Below are positions 31,352 to 42,436 of a DNA stretch of 64,000 nt, piece after piece. Made by a program: the position numbers and the translations under genes. The notes below the pieces were generated by a model. It was not told the DNA's origin. It saw only the letters and a list, made by a program, of their open reading frames with translations, and did not search any database. Origin of the DNA: Nitrosopumilus sp. (GTDB lineage Archaea > Thermoproteota > Nitrososphaeria > Nitrososphaerales > Nitrosopumilaceae). The DNA is taken from positions 1,056,001 through 1,120,000 of the forward strand of contig OZ242186.1 in the NCBI GenBank assembly GCA_965205675.1, in the 5' to 3' direction. The first letter of the stretch is position 1. Each line of letters opens with the position of its first letter.

Positions 31352-31822
31352 ATGAAACCAACGAAAATGCGCAATCAGATGATTTATCAGGCAACATATA
31401 AAACTAAAAGCAAACAGCTTGGAAGCGCACTTTCAAAAGATCTTCATAAAAAATATGGAAAGCGAAGCGTTAGAGTAATTGAAGGAGACAGCGTTAAAAT
31501 TCTAAGAGGAGAGTTTAAAGAAGTTGATGGCAAAGTAGCAAAGATATCTACAGAAAAAAGCAGTGTTGCAATTGAAGGAGTAAAGAAAGAAAAGACAAAA
31601 GGAGACAAATTTGATGTATACATCCACACATCTAATCTGGTAGTTACTTCGCTTGATACAGAAGATAAATGGAGAATTATGAAACTAGAAGGCAAAGATC
31701 CCAAAAAACAACCAAAAACTGAAAAAGTGAAAACAGAGACAAAACCAGAGCCTGCCAAAGAAGAAGCCCCTAAAGAAACAAAAGGAGTAGAAAAGACCAA
31801 AAAAGAGGAAGAGGGTAATTAA
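31352..31822 (+). CDS. rpl24: 50S ribosomal protein L24
   Basis: KOW motif [14 protein letters not shown]. Confidence 0.94.
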   Translation: MKPTKMRNQMIYQATYKTKSKQLGSALSKDLHKKYGKRSVRVIEGDSVKILRGEFKEVDGKVAKISTEKSSVAIEGVKKEKTKGDKFDVYIHTSNLVVTSLDTEDKWRIMKLEGKDPKKQPKTEKVKTETKPEPAKEEAPKETKGVEKTKKEEEGN

Positions 31823-32538
31823 TGGTAAGTATTTCAGGCAGTAAAAAACTCAAACGACAAATGGCCCCACAATTTTGGGGAATTACTAGAAAAGACAAGA
31901 GATTTGTAATTACAACCAGACCAGGCCCGCACAAAAAGAGTTATTCATTACCAACTGCAGTGTTACTTAGAGATACACTAAGCATTGTTACTAGTCTAAG
32001 AGAAGCTAAAGCTGCAATTTATTCTGGAAGAGTAAAGATTGACGGGGTTGTAAGAAAATCACTACATCATGCAATTGGATTAATGGATGTAGTAGAATTA
32101 CAAGATGTCGCAGATATTTATCGTCTAGTTCCAACTGAAAACAAATTACTAAAACCAATTAAAATTAACGAGTCAGAAAAATCTAAAAAGCTAGTCAGAG
32201 TCACTACTAAAACTATCATTAAGAAAGGTAAATTACAAATTGGATTCCATGATGGGCGCTCAATAATTTCAGATGTCAAAGTAAACATTGGAGACACATG
32301 TCTAATTCAAATTCCAGAACAGAAAATTCTCAAAGTAGTCAAGTTAGAAAAAGGTTGTCAGGGACTAGTAACAAGAGGAAATAACGCAGGGCAGATAGGT
32401 AAAATTGAAACCATAGAAGAAGGAACATTCATTCTTCCAAAAAGAATTATCCTTGCATTAGGAGATAGAAAAATTGAAATTCCTGCTGACATCATTATGC
32501 CAATTGGAAAAGAGGGGCCAATAATTCAATTAAAGTGA
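31822..32538 (+). CDS. rps4e: 30S ribosomal protein S4e
   Basis: LKRQMAP, PGPH, IGLMDV, FHDGR. Confidence 0.96.
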   Translation: MVSISGSKKLKRQMAPQFWGITRKDKRFVITTRPGPHKKSYSLPTAVLLRDTLSIVTSLREAKAAIYSGRVKIDGVVRKSLHHAIGLMDVVELQDVADIYRLVPTENKLLKPIKINESEKSKKLVRVTTKTIIKKGKLQIGFHDGRSIISDVKVNIGDTCLIQIPEQKILKVVKLEKGCQGLVTRGNNAGQIGKIETIEEGTFILPKRIILALGDRKIEIPADIIMPIGKEGPIIQLK

Positions 32539-32542
32539 TCAC

Positions 32543-33064
32543 ATGTCTCAAGTAACAGAATCCCCAATGAAAAAAATCTCTTTAGAGAAAGTAGTCTTAA
32601 ACATGGGTGTAGGAAAATCTGGCGATGCTATCAACATTACAAAGATGGCCCTAGATCAAATATCTGGAAAAAAATCTTCTGCACGTAATGCAAAAGAAAC
32701 ACAAAGGGATTGGGGAGTAAGAAAAGGAGAACCAATAGGGGTGGCAGTTACAATTAGAGGAGATGACGCAGTAGTATTGCTAAAGAGATTACTTGAAGCT
32801 AAAGGCAACACAGTAAATGGCAAATCATTTGATAATTTTGGAAATTATTCATTTGGAATTAGAGAACACATTGACATTCCGGGAGTAAAATACGATCCTC
32901 AAATAGGAATTTTAGGTCTAGGCATTTCAGTAGCATTAACTAGACCAGGATATGGGATTCGAACACGAAGTAAACACAAGGCAAGTGTTGGAAAATCACA
33001 CATCATTAAAAGTCAAGAAGCAAAAGACTATCTGGCAAAGGAATTTGGAGTTACTGTAACATAA
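32543..33064 (+). CDS. rpl5: 50S ribosomal protein L5
   Basis: KVVLNMGVG, FGIREHIDIPGVKYDP. Confidence 0.97.
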   Translation: MSQVTESPMKKISLEKVVLNMGVGKSGDAINITKMALDQISGKKSSARNAKETQRDWGVRKGEPIGVAVTIRGDDAVVLLKRLLEAKGNTVNGKSFDNFGNYSFGIREHIDIPGVKYDPQIGILGLGISVALTRPGYGIRTRSKHKASVGKSHIIKSQEAKDYLAKEFGVTVT

Positions 33065-33243
33065 TGGCAAAAGACAGATCATATGAAGCAACAGGAAGGA
33101 AAAAACACGACTTTGGAAGGGGTTCAAGATGGTGTAAGCGATGTGGAGACTATACAGCAGTTATTCAAAAATATGATTTAATGTTATGCAGACGATGCTT
33201 TAGAGAAGTAGCAACATCTTTAGGGTTCAGGAAGAACAAGTGA
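33064..33243 (+). CDS. rps14: 30S ribosomal protein S14 (missing from the ORF track)
   Basis: MAKDRSY...FGRGSRWCKRCG...LCRRCFREVA..LGFRKNK. Confidence 0.95.
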   Translation: MAKDRSYEATGRKKHDFGRGSRWCKRCGDYTAVIQKYDLMLCRRCFREVATSLGFRKNK

Positions 33244-33250
33244 GATAACA

Positions 33251-33643
33251 ATGCCGGCAACAAACATTTTAGCAAATCTATTTGTCACACTTTACAACAA
33301 TGAATCTAGAAGAAAATCAGACTGTGTGATTCTTCCAACATCAAAACTTGGAATTGAAGTTCTAAAAACGCTACAAAAAGATGGATACATTGGAGAATTT
33401 GAACACATCGATGACAAAAGAGGTGGAAAATTCAAGATTAAACTATTGGCAAAAATAACAAAATGTGGAGCAATTTCCCCAAGATTCAAAGTCAAAACAG
33501 ACGAGTATAATAATTGGGAACAGCAATACTTGCCAGCATATGACAGAGGAATGCTTTTAGTTACAACAAACCAAGGAGTAATGTCCCATCACGAAGCATC
33601 ACAGAAAGGAATTGGAGGGTTTTTGATAGGTTATGTCTACTAA
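33251..33643 (+). CDS. rps8: 30S ribosomal protein S8
   Basis: GYIGEFE, CGAISPRF, TTNQGVMSH. Confidence 0.97.
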   Translation: MPATNILANLFVTLYNNESRRKSDCVILPTSKLGIEVLKTLQKDGYIGEFEHIDDKRGGKFKIKLLAKITKCGAISPRFKVKTDEYNNWEQQYLPAYDRGMLLVTTNQGVMSHHEASQKGIGGFLIGYVY

Positions 33644-34190
33644 ACAAATTGAAGAATTCAAAGATGAAGTGGCAATACCTGAAAAAGTCACAGTAAGACT
33701 AGACAAACACATGTTACATTTTACAGGACCGTTAGGAAAAACTCACAAAAATTTTAGAAACATTCCAGTAAATATAAAAGTCACTAAAGATAAAATTCTC
33801 ATCACTGCAATAAATTCAAAAAAAAGAGATTATGCAATATTACATACAGCAAGATCAATTATCAGAAATATTTGTGAAGGTCTAATTACAGGTTATACAA
33901 TTAAAATGAAAATTGTATTTTCTCACTTTCCAATCACAGTCAAAGTAGAAGAAAAGAAAATCTTAATTGAGAATTTCCAAGGAGAACGTGCTCCAAGAAT
34001 TACAAACATCGTAGGAAATACAAAAGTAGTTCCTAAAGGTGAAGATGTAATTCTTACAGGCGAAGTATGGACAGATATTACTCAAACTGCAGCAAACATT
34101 GAACTAAAATCTAAAGTAAAGAACAAAGATCATAGAGTATTTTTAGATGGTATCTATGTATTTGAAAAGAAAAAAGGCATAGACAAATAG
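33633..34190 (+). CDS. rpl6: 50S ribosomal protein L6
   Basis: SHFPI, NFQGER, DHRVFLDGIY. Confidence 0.96.
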   Translation: MSTKQIEEFKDEVAIPEKVTVRLDKHMLHFTGPLGKTHKNFRNIPVNIKVTKDKILITAINSKKRDYAILHTARSIIRNICEGLITGYTIKMKIVFSHFPITVKVEEKKILIENFQGERAPRITNIVGNTKVVPKGEDVILTGEVWTDITQTAANIELKSKVKNKDHRVFLDGIYVFEKKKGIDK

Positions 34191-34208
34191 AATCTCTTTA
34201 TTTTACAA

Positions 34209-34496
34209 ATGACTCTAGATCCTGAATTTTCAAAACAAACAACTGATTTAATCCAACAAACATTAGAATTATACAAATCTGCAGGAGCTTCTCCAAGAAT
34301 TGGTGAGACATGGGAATGTGGAAACATTGGTGATTTTTTGTGTGGTTTTTTTGTAGGAGAAATGGTTGGTTCTGCACTAAGTGCATTTCAGATTGTACAT
34401 CAGAGAGAACCAACAGCTGATGAACACTTGGAAATTATCGAATTAGTTGAAAGCCATGCAAAAGAAATTAAAGAATTTTTTGCCAAATTTAACTAA
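34209..34496 (+). CDS. Thaumarchaeal-type hypothetical protein
   Basis: 95-aa ORF with WEC..GDFLCGFFVG; similar pattern to 63132-63443. Confidence 0.75.
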   Translation: MTLDPEFSKQTTDLIQQTLELYKSAGASPRIGETWECGNIGDFLCGFFVGEMVGSALSAFQIVHQREPTADEHLEIIELVESHAKEIKEFFAKFN

Positions 34497-34567
34497 AGAT
34501 TTTCCAATTTTAGTTGATTTTGTATAGTCGGAAAGATTAAATCACTTTTGCCAAGGTAAAATCGTGT

Positions 34568-34641
34568 GCCTCCCTAGCTCAGCGTGGTAGAGCAACCGGC
34601 TGTTAACCGGTTGGTCACCAGTTCAAGTCTGGTGGGAGGCG
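34568..34641 (+). tRNA. tRNA-Asn(GTT)
   Basis: Acceptor GCCTCCC/GGGAGGC, anticodon arm ACCGG-CTGTTAA-CCGGT, T-loop TTCAAGT. Confidence 0.97.
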
Positions 34642-34647
34642 CTCTTA

Positions 34648-34740
34648 TTTCTAAACTCGAGTTTTGAAACATTATATTTTGGTATTTGTGACATGTCTGC
34701 AACCTAAAATTAATTATATTTCTAAATTCGAATTTAGAAA
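34648..34740. repeat. Two copies of a 22-bp intergenic palindrome TTTCTAAA(T/C)TCGA(A/G)TTTAGAAA
   Basis: 34648-34669 and 34719-34740; also at 35359-35380 and 48044-48065. Confidence 0.8.
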
Positions 34741-34831
34741 TATTGATCGGTTGTTAGTAATTAGTTCACTCTATTAGACAACATAGATCTAATAGATGAT
34801 CGTACATTAATTATAATGCAGGAGGTTTACA

Positions 34832-35080
34832 TTGGTTAGAACTAGAAGGGCCAACAGGTATTGTGTTGATTGCGGAGCAAGATTGGTGTATTACCCAAGA
34901 TTATCAAACCCAAAAGCTCCAAATGAGCACAGAGTACTAGTGTATGCATGTCCAGATTGTACCGAAGACTTTGAAAAACCAAAAATGTTTTCAATTAAAC
35001 GCAATCAAGTAAAAGATCCTCTAGAAACAGTAGAAATTGAAATTACACAGTTGCAGAAAAAAGCAATAGTAGCAAAGTAA
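34832..35080 (+). CDS. Small zinc-ribbon protein
   Basis: CVDC...CPDC. Confidence 0.7.
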   Translation: MVRTRRANRYCVDCGARLVYYPRLSNPKAPNEHRVLVYACPDCTEDFEKPKMFSIKRNQVKDPLETVEIEITQLQKKAIVAK

Positions 35081-35092
35081 AGAGAAGGGACA

Positions 35093-35320
35093 ATGACATA
35101 TCAAGAAAAAACTAAAAGTAATCTATGGTTTTTGTTACCGATTTTTTTTGGAATCATTGGAGGAATAATTGCATTTTTTATTTTACGAAAAAACGATCCT
35201 CGCAAAGCTAGAAATTGCCTGTATCTGGGAATTATACTTATGTTTGCAGGAATCATATTAAATGGATTCATCGTATATTCAATTCCAGGTTTAGAACCAG
35301 GTTTTAATGTAAACATCTAG
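35093..35320 (+). CDS. Small membrane protein
   Basis: WFLLPIFFGIIGGIIAFF..DPRKARNCLYLG; two TM segments. Confidence 0.75.
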   Translation: MTYQEKTKSNLWFLLPIFFGIIGGIIAFFILRKNDPRKARNCLYLGIILMFAGIILNGFIVYSIPGLEPGFNVNI

Positions 35321-35434
35321 TAATGCGTTCTTTGTTTCTCTAGTAGAGATAATGATTATTTCTAAACTCGAATTTAGAAATATTACAAATTCAGCATGAT
35401 AATCATTTAGTTTAGAATCATATAGAACCAATTT

Positions 35435-35896
35435 GTGAGATTTTCTATGAACACATCTAAAATGAGAGATAATGTAGAAAGATGGATAATTCACGAAGGT
35501 CTTACTTTTGAAGAAATAAAAAAAACTGAAAATATCTTTCAAGTGCTAATAAACCATGCAGGGCAATATGGAATTCCAGTAGAAGTATTTGAGCCAAAAA
35601 AACAACCAGGTATTTTGGTTGTTGGTGCAAAAGTAATAATGAAAAATAACCAAATTGCAAGATATTTAGGATTTAGCGTAGAGGAAAAAGAAAAATTTGA
35701 GAAAAAGATGGGCGATTTTTGTTATTCAATACAAGCAATTAACAAGATGATCACAGAGGATGGAAAGCAAAAGATAGGCATCTATGTTGTGATGGATGAT
35801 AAAGAAAACATCAATCAGCAGACAATGATTAAAGCAGTAGATAGTGTTTCTGAAAAATACGATAGGGTTTCCAGATTTTTACTGAAAACATTTTAA
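35435..35896 (+). CDS. DUF2299-like protein
   Basis: VERWIIHEG..VEVFEPK; the true start may be the later ATG. Confidence 0.6.
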   Translation: MRFSMNTSKMRDNVERWIIHEGLTFEEIKKTENIFQVLINHAGQYGIPVEVFEPKKQPGILVVGAKVIMKNNQIARYLGFSVEEKEKFEKKMGDFCYSIQAINKMITEDGKQKIGIYVVMDDKENINQQTMIKAVDSVSEKYDRVSRFLLKTF

Positions 35897-36087
35897 AAGA
35901 AATAAAAGATTTATCAGCTCTGCATATGCAACTTTGTTTTATTATGATATGTGAGATAATTTCTAGAAAAATATTTCTTATTTTATTTCTATTAATCAGA
36001 AATTTCTAAAAAATAAACTTTTTGTTTCATTAACCAAGGCAGCTATCCTTATGAATTATTTTTATACGTTTCCTTTCTTTTCAGACA

Positions 36088-36594
36088 TTAGGGCACGGCT
36101 TTCGTTAGAGGTTGCGAATAGACATCATCCCAATTCTCAACGGGGTTTAATGCAACTACATGAATTTTTACTGGAACAACTCCCTCATTTACACCATTGT
36201 GTTCTATATCGATTGCCTCAACAAACGAATCTCCCGCATGATAATTTCTAGCAGTTCCTTTATTTTGACATTGTTCAATGTCTATAGAATTATCATCTTC
36301 ATAACAATAGTAAACGGTAAGATCTCCATGCAAAATAGTTACAATTAGAGGAACGTCATGAGTATGCCATCCACTTTCTGCACCGGGTAAAATCTCAACA
36401 AATTGAACATCAACGTTTGGAGGATCTGAAGGATACTCAAAGGATTGTTTCAAGATAGTCTGGTTGATGAAAGCTAATTTTTCAACAAGAATTCTGTTTT
36501 CATCTGTAGTCATTTCTGCATGAATTAATATTCCAGAAAAACCAGCAATTATAATTCCAGTAGCAATTGCAAAGATTATTTTTTTATTCATCAT
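36088..36594 (-). CDS. Membrane-anchored cupin-domain protein
   Basis: PGAESGWHTH..GDL..AGDSFVE..H.GVNEG. Confidence 0.85.
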   Translation of the reverse strand: MMNKKIIFAIATGIIIAGFSGILIHAEMTTDENRILVEKLAFINQTILKQSFEYPSDPPNVDVQFVEILPGAESGWHTHDVPLIVTILHGDLTVYYCYEDDNSIDIEQCQNKGTARNYHAGDSFVEAIDIEHNGVNEGVVPVKIHVVALNPVENWDDVYSQPLTKAVP

Positions 36595-36774
36595 TGCTCT
36601 GATAATGTGAAGAATTTTGGTTATTTAGAGATAATGCTGTGTTTCCCAACATGACTAAAGTATACAACTATCACTCAAATAAGATTTAGAACAAAATATT
36701 TTACATGAAACATAATTGTTCTTTCTAGAGATTGTTTCATATTATAGTTGGTACCGTTCTCTTTTGATTTGATT

Positions 36775-37853
36775 AGACCTCTTGCGTAATTAGACATATT
36801 TTACCATATTACACAAATTCCTTCACAGCAAGATCCAAAGCTAAGAACAACTTAACACATTTCATGTTAACATACAAGCAACTCTCAAAAAAGCCAAAAT
36901 CCCTTCTCTCTTTTACTGGAGTGACTAGGCAACAGTTTGATGTGATTCTAAAGGATGTCAGAAAGAATCACCGTATAGAAGAAAAGAAGAGATTACCCAA
37001 AGCAAAGAGAAAAAAAAGTATCGGAGCTGGGCGAAAGTTGGATTTGAGTCTTGAAGACCAGCTTGTAATGTTGTTTGTTTACTATCGGATGTACCTGACA
37101 TGTGAATTGACAGGATATCTGTTTGGATTAGACCAGAGCAACGTCTACAGAAACATCAGATTTAGAGCCTGCAGTAAGAAAAACAGTTCCTATTCCTGCA
37201 AAACTATACTCTGATTCTAAAAAGATAAATGATGTACAGCAACTCCAACTGTTCTTTCCTGAATTAATTGCAATGACTGATGGTACTGAACAACCAATCC
37301 CAAGACCCCAGAACAAAAAGAAAAGAAAGACTCACTATTCAGGCAAAAAGAAAAAACACACAATAGAAAACCAAATCACCATAAACCAGAAAGGTGAGAT
37401 AATCCACAAACCCCCACATTCTCCAGGTAAAAAACATGATTATGCCATACTGAAAATCAGACATCCAGAACTGCCCGAAGATGTGATGATATTTTATGAC
37501 CTTGGGTATTTGGGAGTGGAAAAAGATTTCCCAGAACAGACAAGCATTCTACCATACAAGAAAAAGAAAGGAAAAAAACTGACCATACATCAAAAGGAAT
37601 GGAACAAGATGCAGTCAAGAATCCGAATAAAAGTAGAACATATTATCTCTCAAATCAAAAAGTTTAGGATTAATTCTGAGACATTTAGGAATAGATTGTG
37701 CAGGTATGATGCAATAAGTGACATCGTATGTGGAATTGTAAATTTCAAGACAAGATGGAAGCAAGAGTTTGTTGTGATTCCATAAGATTAGAAATTATTT
37801 GAAATTAAATTCAATGAAAGATAAGATTTTGTTTGTAATTACGCAAGAGGTCT
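36775..37853 (+). mobile_element. IS5-family (ISL2/DDE_Tnp_4-like) element, copy 1; split transposase 36864-37214 and 37273-37785
   Basis: Perfect IR AGACCTCTTGCGTAATTA; 3-bp TSD ATT. GAGRK, DGTEQ.I.RP, YSGKKK.H, DLGY and RIKVEH motifs. Confidence 0.92.
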
Positions 37854-38032
37854 ATTATACATGATTATTTGGATCTAGTTTCTGCACAATCCTATGAGTC
37901 TTGCCCCTTTTCCAAACGTATCTTGACTTTAGTCTGGAAATGATGGGGTGAACTAATTTGAGGATAATAGAACAGAATCGATTCATACATAAATTTAAAT
38001 ATTTTAAACTACCGCCTATAAAGCAGATAAAA

Positions 38033-40045
38033 ATGATAGAATATTTAAGATTATCATCATTATCAATTATGTTATTTACTATTTTTGTACTTACAATCCC
38101 AAATGATGATGTCTATGCGCAAGCATTAGAACCTACCCTGAATTTTATATCTGCGGAATACGATGCAGAATCATCGGAACTGAGGATTGAGTTTGATGGT
38201 GAAATTGATGATACCGTTAGGATCGGCCCAATAACATTAAACGGAACAAAAACGGGAGGGATCACACTGTCATCAAATGAAGATGCCGTTTACACTTCGG
38301 CTAATATGGTCATCATAACATTAAATTCAAGCAACGGATTTATCGATGCCGTTTATAATAATCCAAATATTTTTGGACCACTGTTGTTAAACCTTAAGGC
38401 ATGTGAAACCCCAGATGAATCTAAATGTATAGACCCAAAGAAAGACCCAGAGACAGAATCAGGTACAGATTCCGGTGCAGTATCAGGTGCAGGATCAAAT
38501 GCAGAAAAGACAAAAACAAACTATGCATCTCCTAATAACCCCATTACTATAATCAAATCTGAAGAAAAACCCACAATAGAAAGGCATAACAATAGCCTAG
38601 AAGATGAACAGGGTGCCATATATAATGATGTAAAATATCTTACGGGTACAGCCACAAATATGCGCATAATAGAGGTATACCAAAATGATAGAAAGATCGC
38701 AATTACAAATACAGATGATGGTGGACATTGGGAGGTTGACGTAGCACTAGAACCAGGCCCCAACTCATTTCATGCAGTAGCTTGGAATCCAGGATGTGAA
38801 AGATCCGAAAAATCTGATAAATATCCTGAAGAAGAACCTGAAGATGGCCATGACCTTTATGGCATGCCAGATGCAGTTGGACCACGAGGTTATGTTTACT
38901 ATGACGAGGGATACAACCCCCCCCCCCCCACGTGTTATATCAATGACGGAATAGTACACGGAGCAGTAGGTTCAGGATCAACTACAGGCGGACCATCTGG
39001 CGATACTGATGATTCAGACAAATTAGGAAGAGACTCCAATGATTGGAGGAAAAAGCCAACCTTTGGAAAATCATGGGAGGCATCTAGTGAACAAATAGTA
39101 CAAAATGGCTTTGCCTTTAACGGACATATTCTGGATATAACTGACAACTGGCATACAGACTTTGAACTCACTGAATCAATAATTGGCGATACCAACCATG
39201 TTGATATCAAGGTGTACTCAAACGAGATACTACAATATGTGACTTTATCTTTAGGAGTACCACAAGTTGGAGATGCTACCAATGCCGAAACTGACATCAT
39301 TGTAAATCTACAAAGAAATTACAACGTGGAGCAGGATAACAATAGTGACAGCGATTACACAATTACTGAGATACACCATGAACAGACAGAACCTCTAATT
39401 AACGAAGATTTCACTAGAGCTAGCATATCAAAGATAAAATGTATTGATTCATCTACAAACAAGTATTGTCATACCATCGCAATAGACTTTACGATATCTG
39501 CCCCTCTAAAGTCAAATGTTCTTGCAATCTCTGCAGGTGATGGGGAGAGACACAATACCGTCACATACATCAACGACGGTGTTGCCTTTACTGGGGATTC
39601 CTTACTAGAGCCTGCCAAACACGAATTGTTTGTAAAAAAATCATCTCAGGAAAAGGGTATAATGTTGGAACTAGTCCAACTGGATAGAAGATATGCTTTG
39701 TACGAGGACCAATTTGGGAATCAATGGACACATAATAGCTTCATGACTTGGAATAAGATAACACCAGAGGGCTTTGAGCGATTCGAAGATACTCCCACAT
39801 CACACATGACTCGAATGCACTCTGCATGGAATGGTATTGTGGAACATGAAGTAAACCGAGCTACCAGTATATTTGATAGCAGTAAAATTCAGGGCACACC
39901 TGATGAGCCACACACTATCACAGATGACCGATCAGGTGAGGACATATCAAAGTCCCTCAAAAACTCTGAAACCAAAGCTTTGGAGCTCTGGTCTTCAGAT
40001 ATACCATATTATTACCAATCTGTCGATGATGATGAATTTCAGTAA
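38033..40045 (+). CDS. Large secreted/surface protein with an Ig-like domain and a thaumarchaeal-type C-terminal region
   Basis: Signal peptide (..DVYAQ), Ig-like LTGTA..IEVYQN..DGGHWEVDVALEPGPNSF, acidic G/S linkers, C13 tract. Confidence 0.75.
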   Translation: MIEYLRLSSLSIMLFTIFVLTIPNDDVYAQALEPTLNFISAEYDAESSELRIEFDGEIDDTVRIGPITLNGTKTGGITLSSNEDAVYTSANMVIITLNSSNGFIDAVYNNPNIFGPLLLNLKACETPDESKCIDPKKDPETESGTDSGAVSGAGSNAEKTKTNYASPNNPITIIKSEEKPTIERHNNSLEDEQGAIYNDVKYLTGTATNMRIIEVYQNDRKIAITNTDDGGHWEVDVALEPGPNSFHAVAWNPGCERSEKSDKYPEEEPEDGHDLYGMPDAVGPRGYVYYDEGYNPPPPTCYINDGIVHGAVGSGSTTGGPSGDTDDSDKLGRDSNDWRKKPTFGKSWEASSEQIVQNGFAFNGHILDITDNWHTDFELTESIIGDTNHVDIKVYSNEILQYVTLSLGVPQVGDATNAETDIIVNLQRNYNVEQDNNSDSDYTITEIHHEQTEPLINEDFTRASISKIKCIDSSTNKYCHTIAIDFTISAPLKSNVLAISAGDGERHNTVTYINDGVAFTGDSLLEPAKHELFVKKSSQEKGIMLELVQLDRRYALYEDQFGNQWTHNSFMTWNKITPEGFERFEDTPTSHMTRMHSAWNGIVEHEVNRATSIFDSSKIQGTPDEPHTITDDRSGEDISKSLKNSETKALELWSSDIPYYYQSVDDDEFQ

Positions 40046-40524
40046 TCTCATGCAATGTCAAGGTCTCGTACATACCAATATCAAAAATAACAACTCTAGA
40101 CCTCACACCACAAAAGCACCACGATTAACTTGTGCATGTCAATAGATAGTTCTGTTAAATGATGTTTTTAGCAGAGTCAGTTGAGAATATTCTTTCTTGT
40201 CAGAGCGGATCTCTTTTCAGTTCTTCTCTTAATTCATCATACATACTGTTTAGAAACTCTTCTGCGTGTTTTTTTACTTTTTTCTTATTTTCTATAGACT
40301 CAAAATCAAATTTACCATCATCAGTTAGTTTGAAATACCCTTCACCAAATTCTTTGTTTAATCCTTCTACTGTTCTAGGTTTAAGACATTCTTTATTATG
40401 AGACAAAGCATTACGAAGAAACCTAAGTTTTTTATCAGTAGAACGCTCGTTACATGCTAAGAAAAGATTTCTAATTATTCCTTCAAAATCACAATGTTTC
40501 TCATCTTGTCTGGCTTTACTAGAC

Positions 40525-41766
40525 TGGAGTGGACCCCTGTTTTTAGTACCACTTTTTGCATAATCTTACATACAGTCTGATTCATTTATGTTTTCATCTC
40601 CCATAACTCCATGAATTCATCAGGAGTAAGGTATCCTAACGCTGAATGAATCCTGGAACCATTGTAATCGATTCGTGCTTTCTCTAGAGCAACTTCGGCT
40701 TCCTGATAGTTTGCAAACTCGTACCTCCACAAGTATTCCTTCTTGAGTGTTTTGTGGAATGATTCGACATGTCCGTTTTGTTCTGGCGTGTGGTGCCAGA
40801 TGAATTCGTGTCTTATTCCAAGTAGAACAACTGCTTTTCTGAAATCTCGGCTGTTGTATTGCGAACCGTTGTCAGTTCTGAGAATCAGTTTTGTGCAATC
40901 AGGCTTTGCAGTAGCTACTGCATTAATGATGCTGTCAATTGCAGTGCTCTTTGGAGCTGCCACATCAAATGAATGCCAAATCCATTTCCTGCTAAATGCA
41001 TCAATCACGTTAAAGCAGTAGCACCATCTGTCAACCCCACACCAGACATATGTGATGTCTGTCTGCCACAACTGGTTTGGTGCATCAGGCTTGAATAATG
41101 TTCTGGCAGATTTGATGATGTCATTTTTGGTCTTTTTAGGCTCAATCCAGCCCAATTTGTGAAATATTCTTCTGATTTGTTTTCTGTTTACAGGCTTGTT
41201 CAGTTCCCTTGAGACTTGGGATGCCATGCGTCTGGTTCCATAAGTTGGCCTTTGTTTTCCAATCTTTTGAACTACATCAGTTACTGCAGGATCTGTCTGA
41301 ATCCTTCTTGGTGACTTTGAGTAATACCATTTGGATTTTGAGACTCCAATTAATAACAATGACTTGTTCAAACTGATGTGTTTGTTCAGTTGATTCACTG
41401 CAGTCATCTTTTCTGGTTCTCCAACGTTTTTTTTAAAATGTCATTGGCAATTGTGATCTCGCCGATTAGTTTTTTGAGGGAATCATTTTCCTTTTGCAGA
41501 TTCTTGCAGACATCTCCGTTTGGTGTGCCATTTAATGATGCCTTGCCACCTTCTACAAATCGTTCCCTCCATTGGTAGAATGTCTGTGGATGAATATTGT
41601 ACTTTCTGCACAACTCTGCAGTTGCAATGTTTGTGTTTAGTGACTCTAAAACCACTCTTGACTTTTCTGCTGATGTGAATTTGCTCTTTACCATGAGGGT
41701 AAGCCTCCCAAGTTATCTGAAAAGTGTATGTATGCTACCGGTCCTACTCTAGAGGGGACCAGACCA
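40525..41766 (-). mobile_element. IS3-family element, copy 2 (orfB 40586-41407, orfA 41404-41694)
   Basis: Proteins identical to copy 1; the 4-bp TSD AGAC is the MITE terminus. Confidence 0.95.
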
Positions 41767-41906
41767 AGACCTCTTGCGTAATTATAGAGATTTTTTCTCA
41801 AATTTTGTATTTTAACAGAATTCATACCTGAAAATTCAAATTTCTCAACCAATTTGAAAAATCCTGCAGCAAAATTCACGCCTAGAAATAATTACGCAAG
41901 ACGTCT
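41767..41906. mobile_element. 140-bp MITE, copy 2
   Basis: Same as 5326-5465; TSD ACT at 40518-40520 and 41907-41909. Confidence 0.9.
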
Positions 41907-42151
41907 ACTCATGTAATATATTTTTTCGATACATTTTCTATTTTTACCATCAATTAATTTTGAAAAATTTTCATCACTCATTCTTAAAACAGTCAAATTA
42001 GTAGTAAGAAATTCCTTATCTTCAAAACGCCCACTAAGTTTAACATTATCTCCAGCAATCTCAGCCTTGTTGCTCTTACAGACTGTAACATTTGTAGAAT
42101 ATCTAAAAGAGTTATACTGGAAATACGGCAAAATTGCAATCATGCTAGACT

Positions 42152-42436
42152 GAGCATCAGTTCACAAATCAAAGAAGGTCAAGGAATATCTTGCAAACAA
42201 TAGAGATGTCAAACTAAATAGTTGCCAAAAGGTTCACCGTACTTGAAGAACATGATAGAACAATGATGGAAGATAAGCAAGTATGCGTTGTTGGTTTCAG
42301 AATATTATGCGATGTTTGCGATGATGAATGATGCAGTGTCAAAATATTTTAGAGTAACAAGATTCAAGCTTGATGTTGCAAATTATATCTTTAGAAATCC
42401 CGCAAAAATGTTCACGAACTTTTGATCGTCACTATA
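42152..42436 (+). pseudogene. 3' fragment of IS630 subtype A
   Basis: Reverse-complement match to 10264-10545, with indels and stops. Confidence 0.85.

Larger units (their letters stand above)
40200..42143 (-). pseudogene. HEPN-motif (RxxxxH) gene split by a MITE that itself carries IS3
   Basis: Removing 40521-41906 and one ACT joins ..IYYMS to KARQDEK..FLRNALSHNK in frame. Confidence 0.7.

Noticed and set aside
28444-34190. No L2 between L23 and S19, and the cluster ends at L6
   Set aside because: No IS scar at these points; as I recall, this split arrangement is normal for Nitrosopumilaceae
41688-41879. ORF sharing the MNFAAGFFK N-terminus with 5013-5438
   Set aside because: The shared part is just the MITE read on the minus strand
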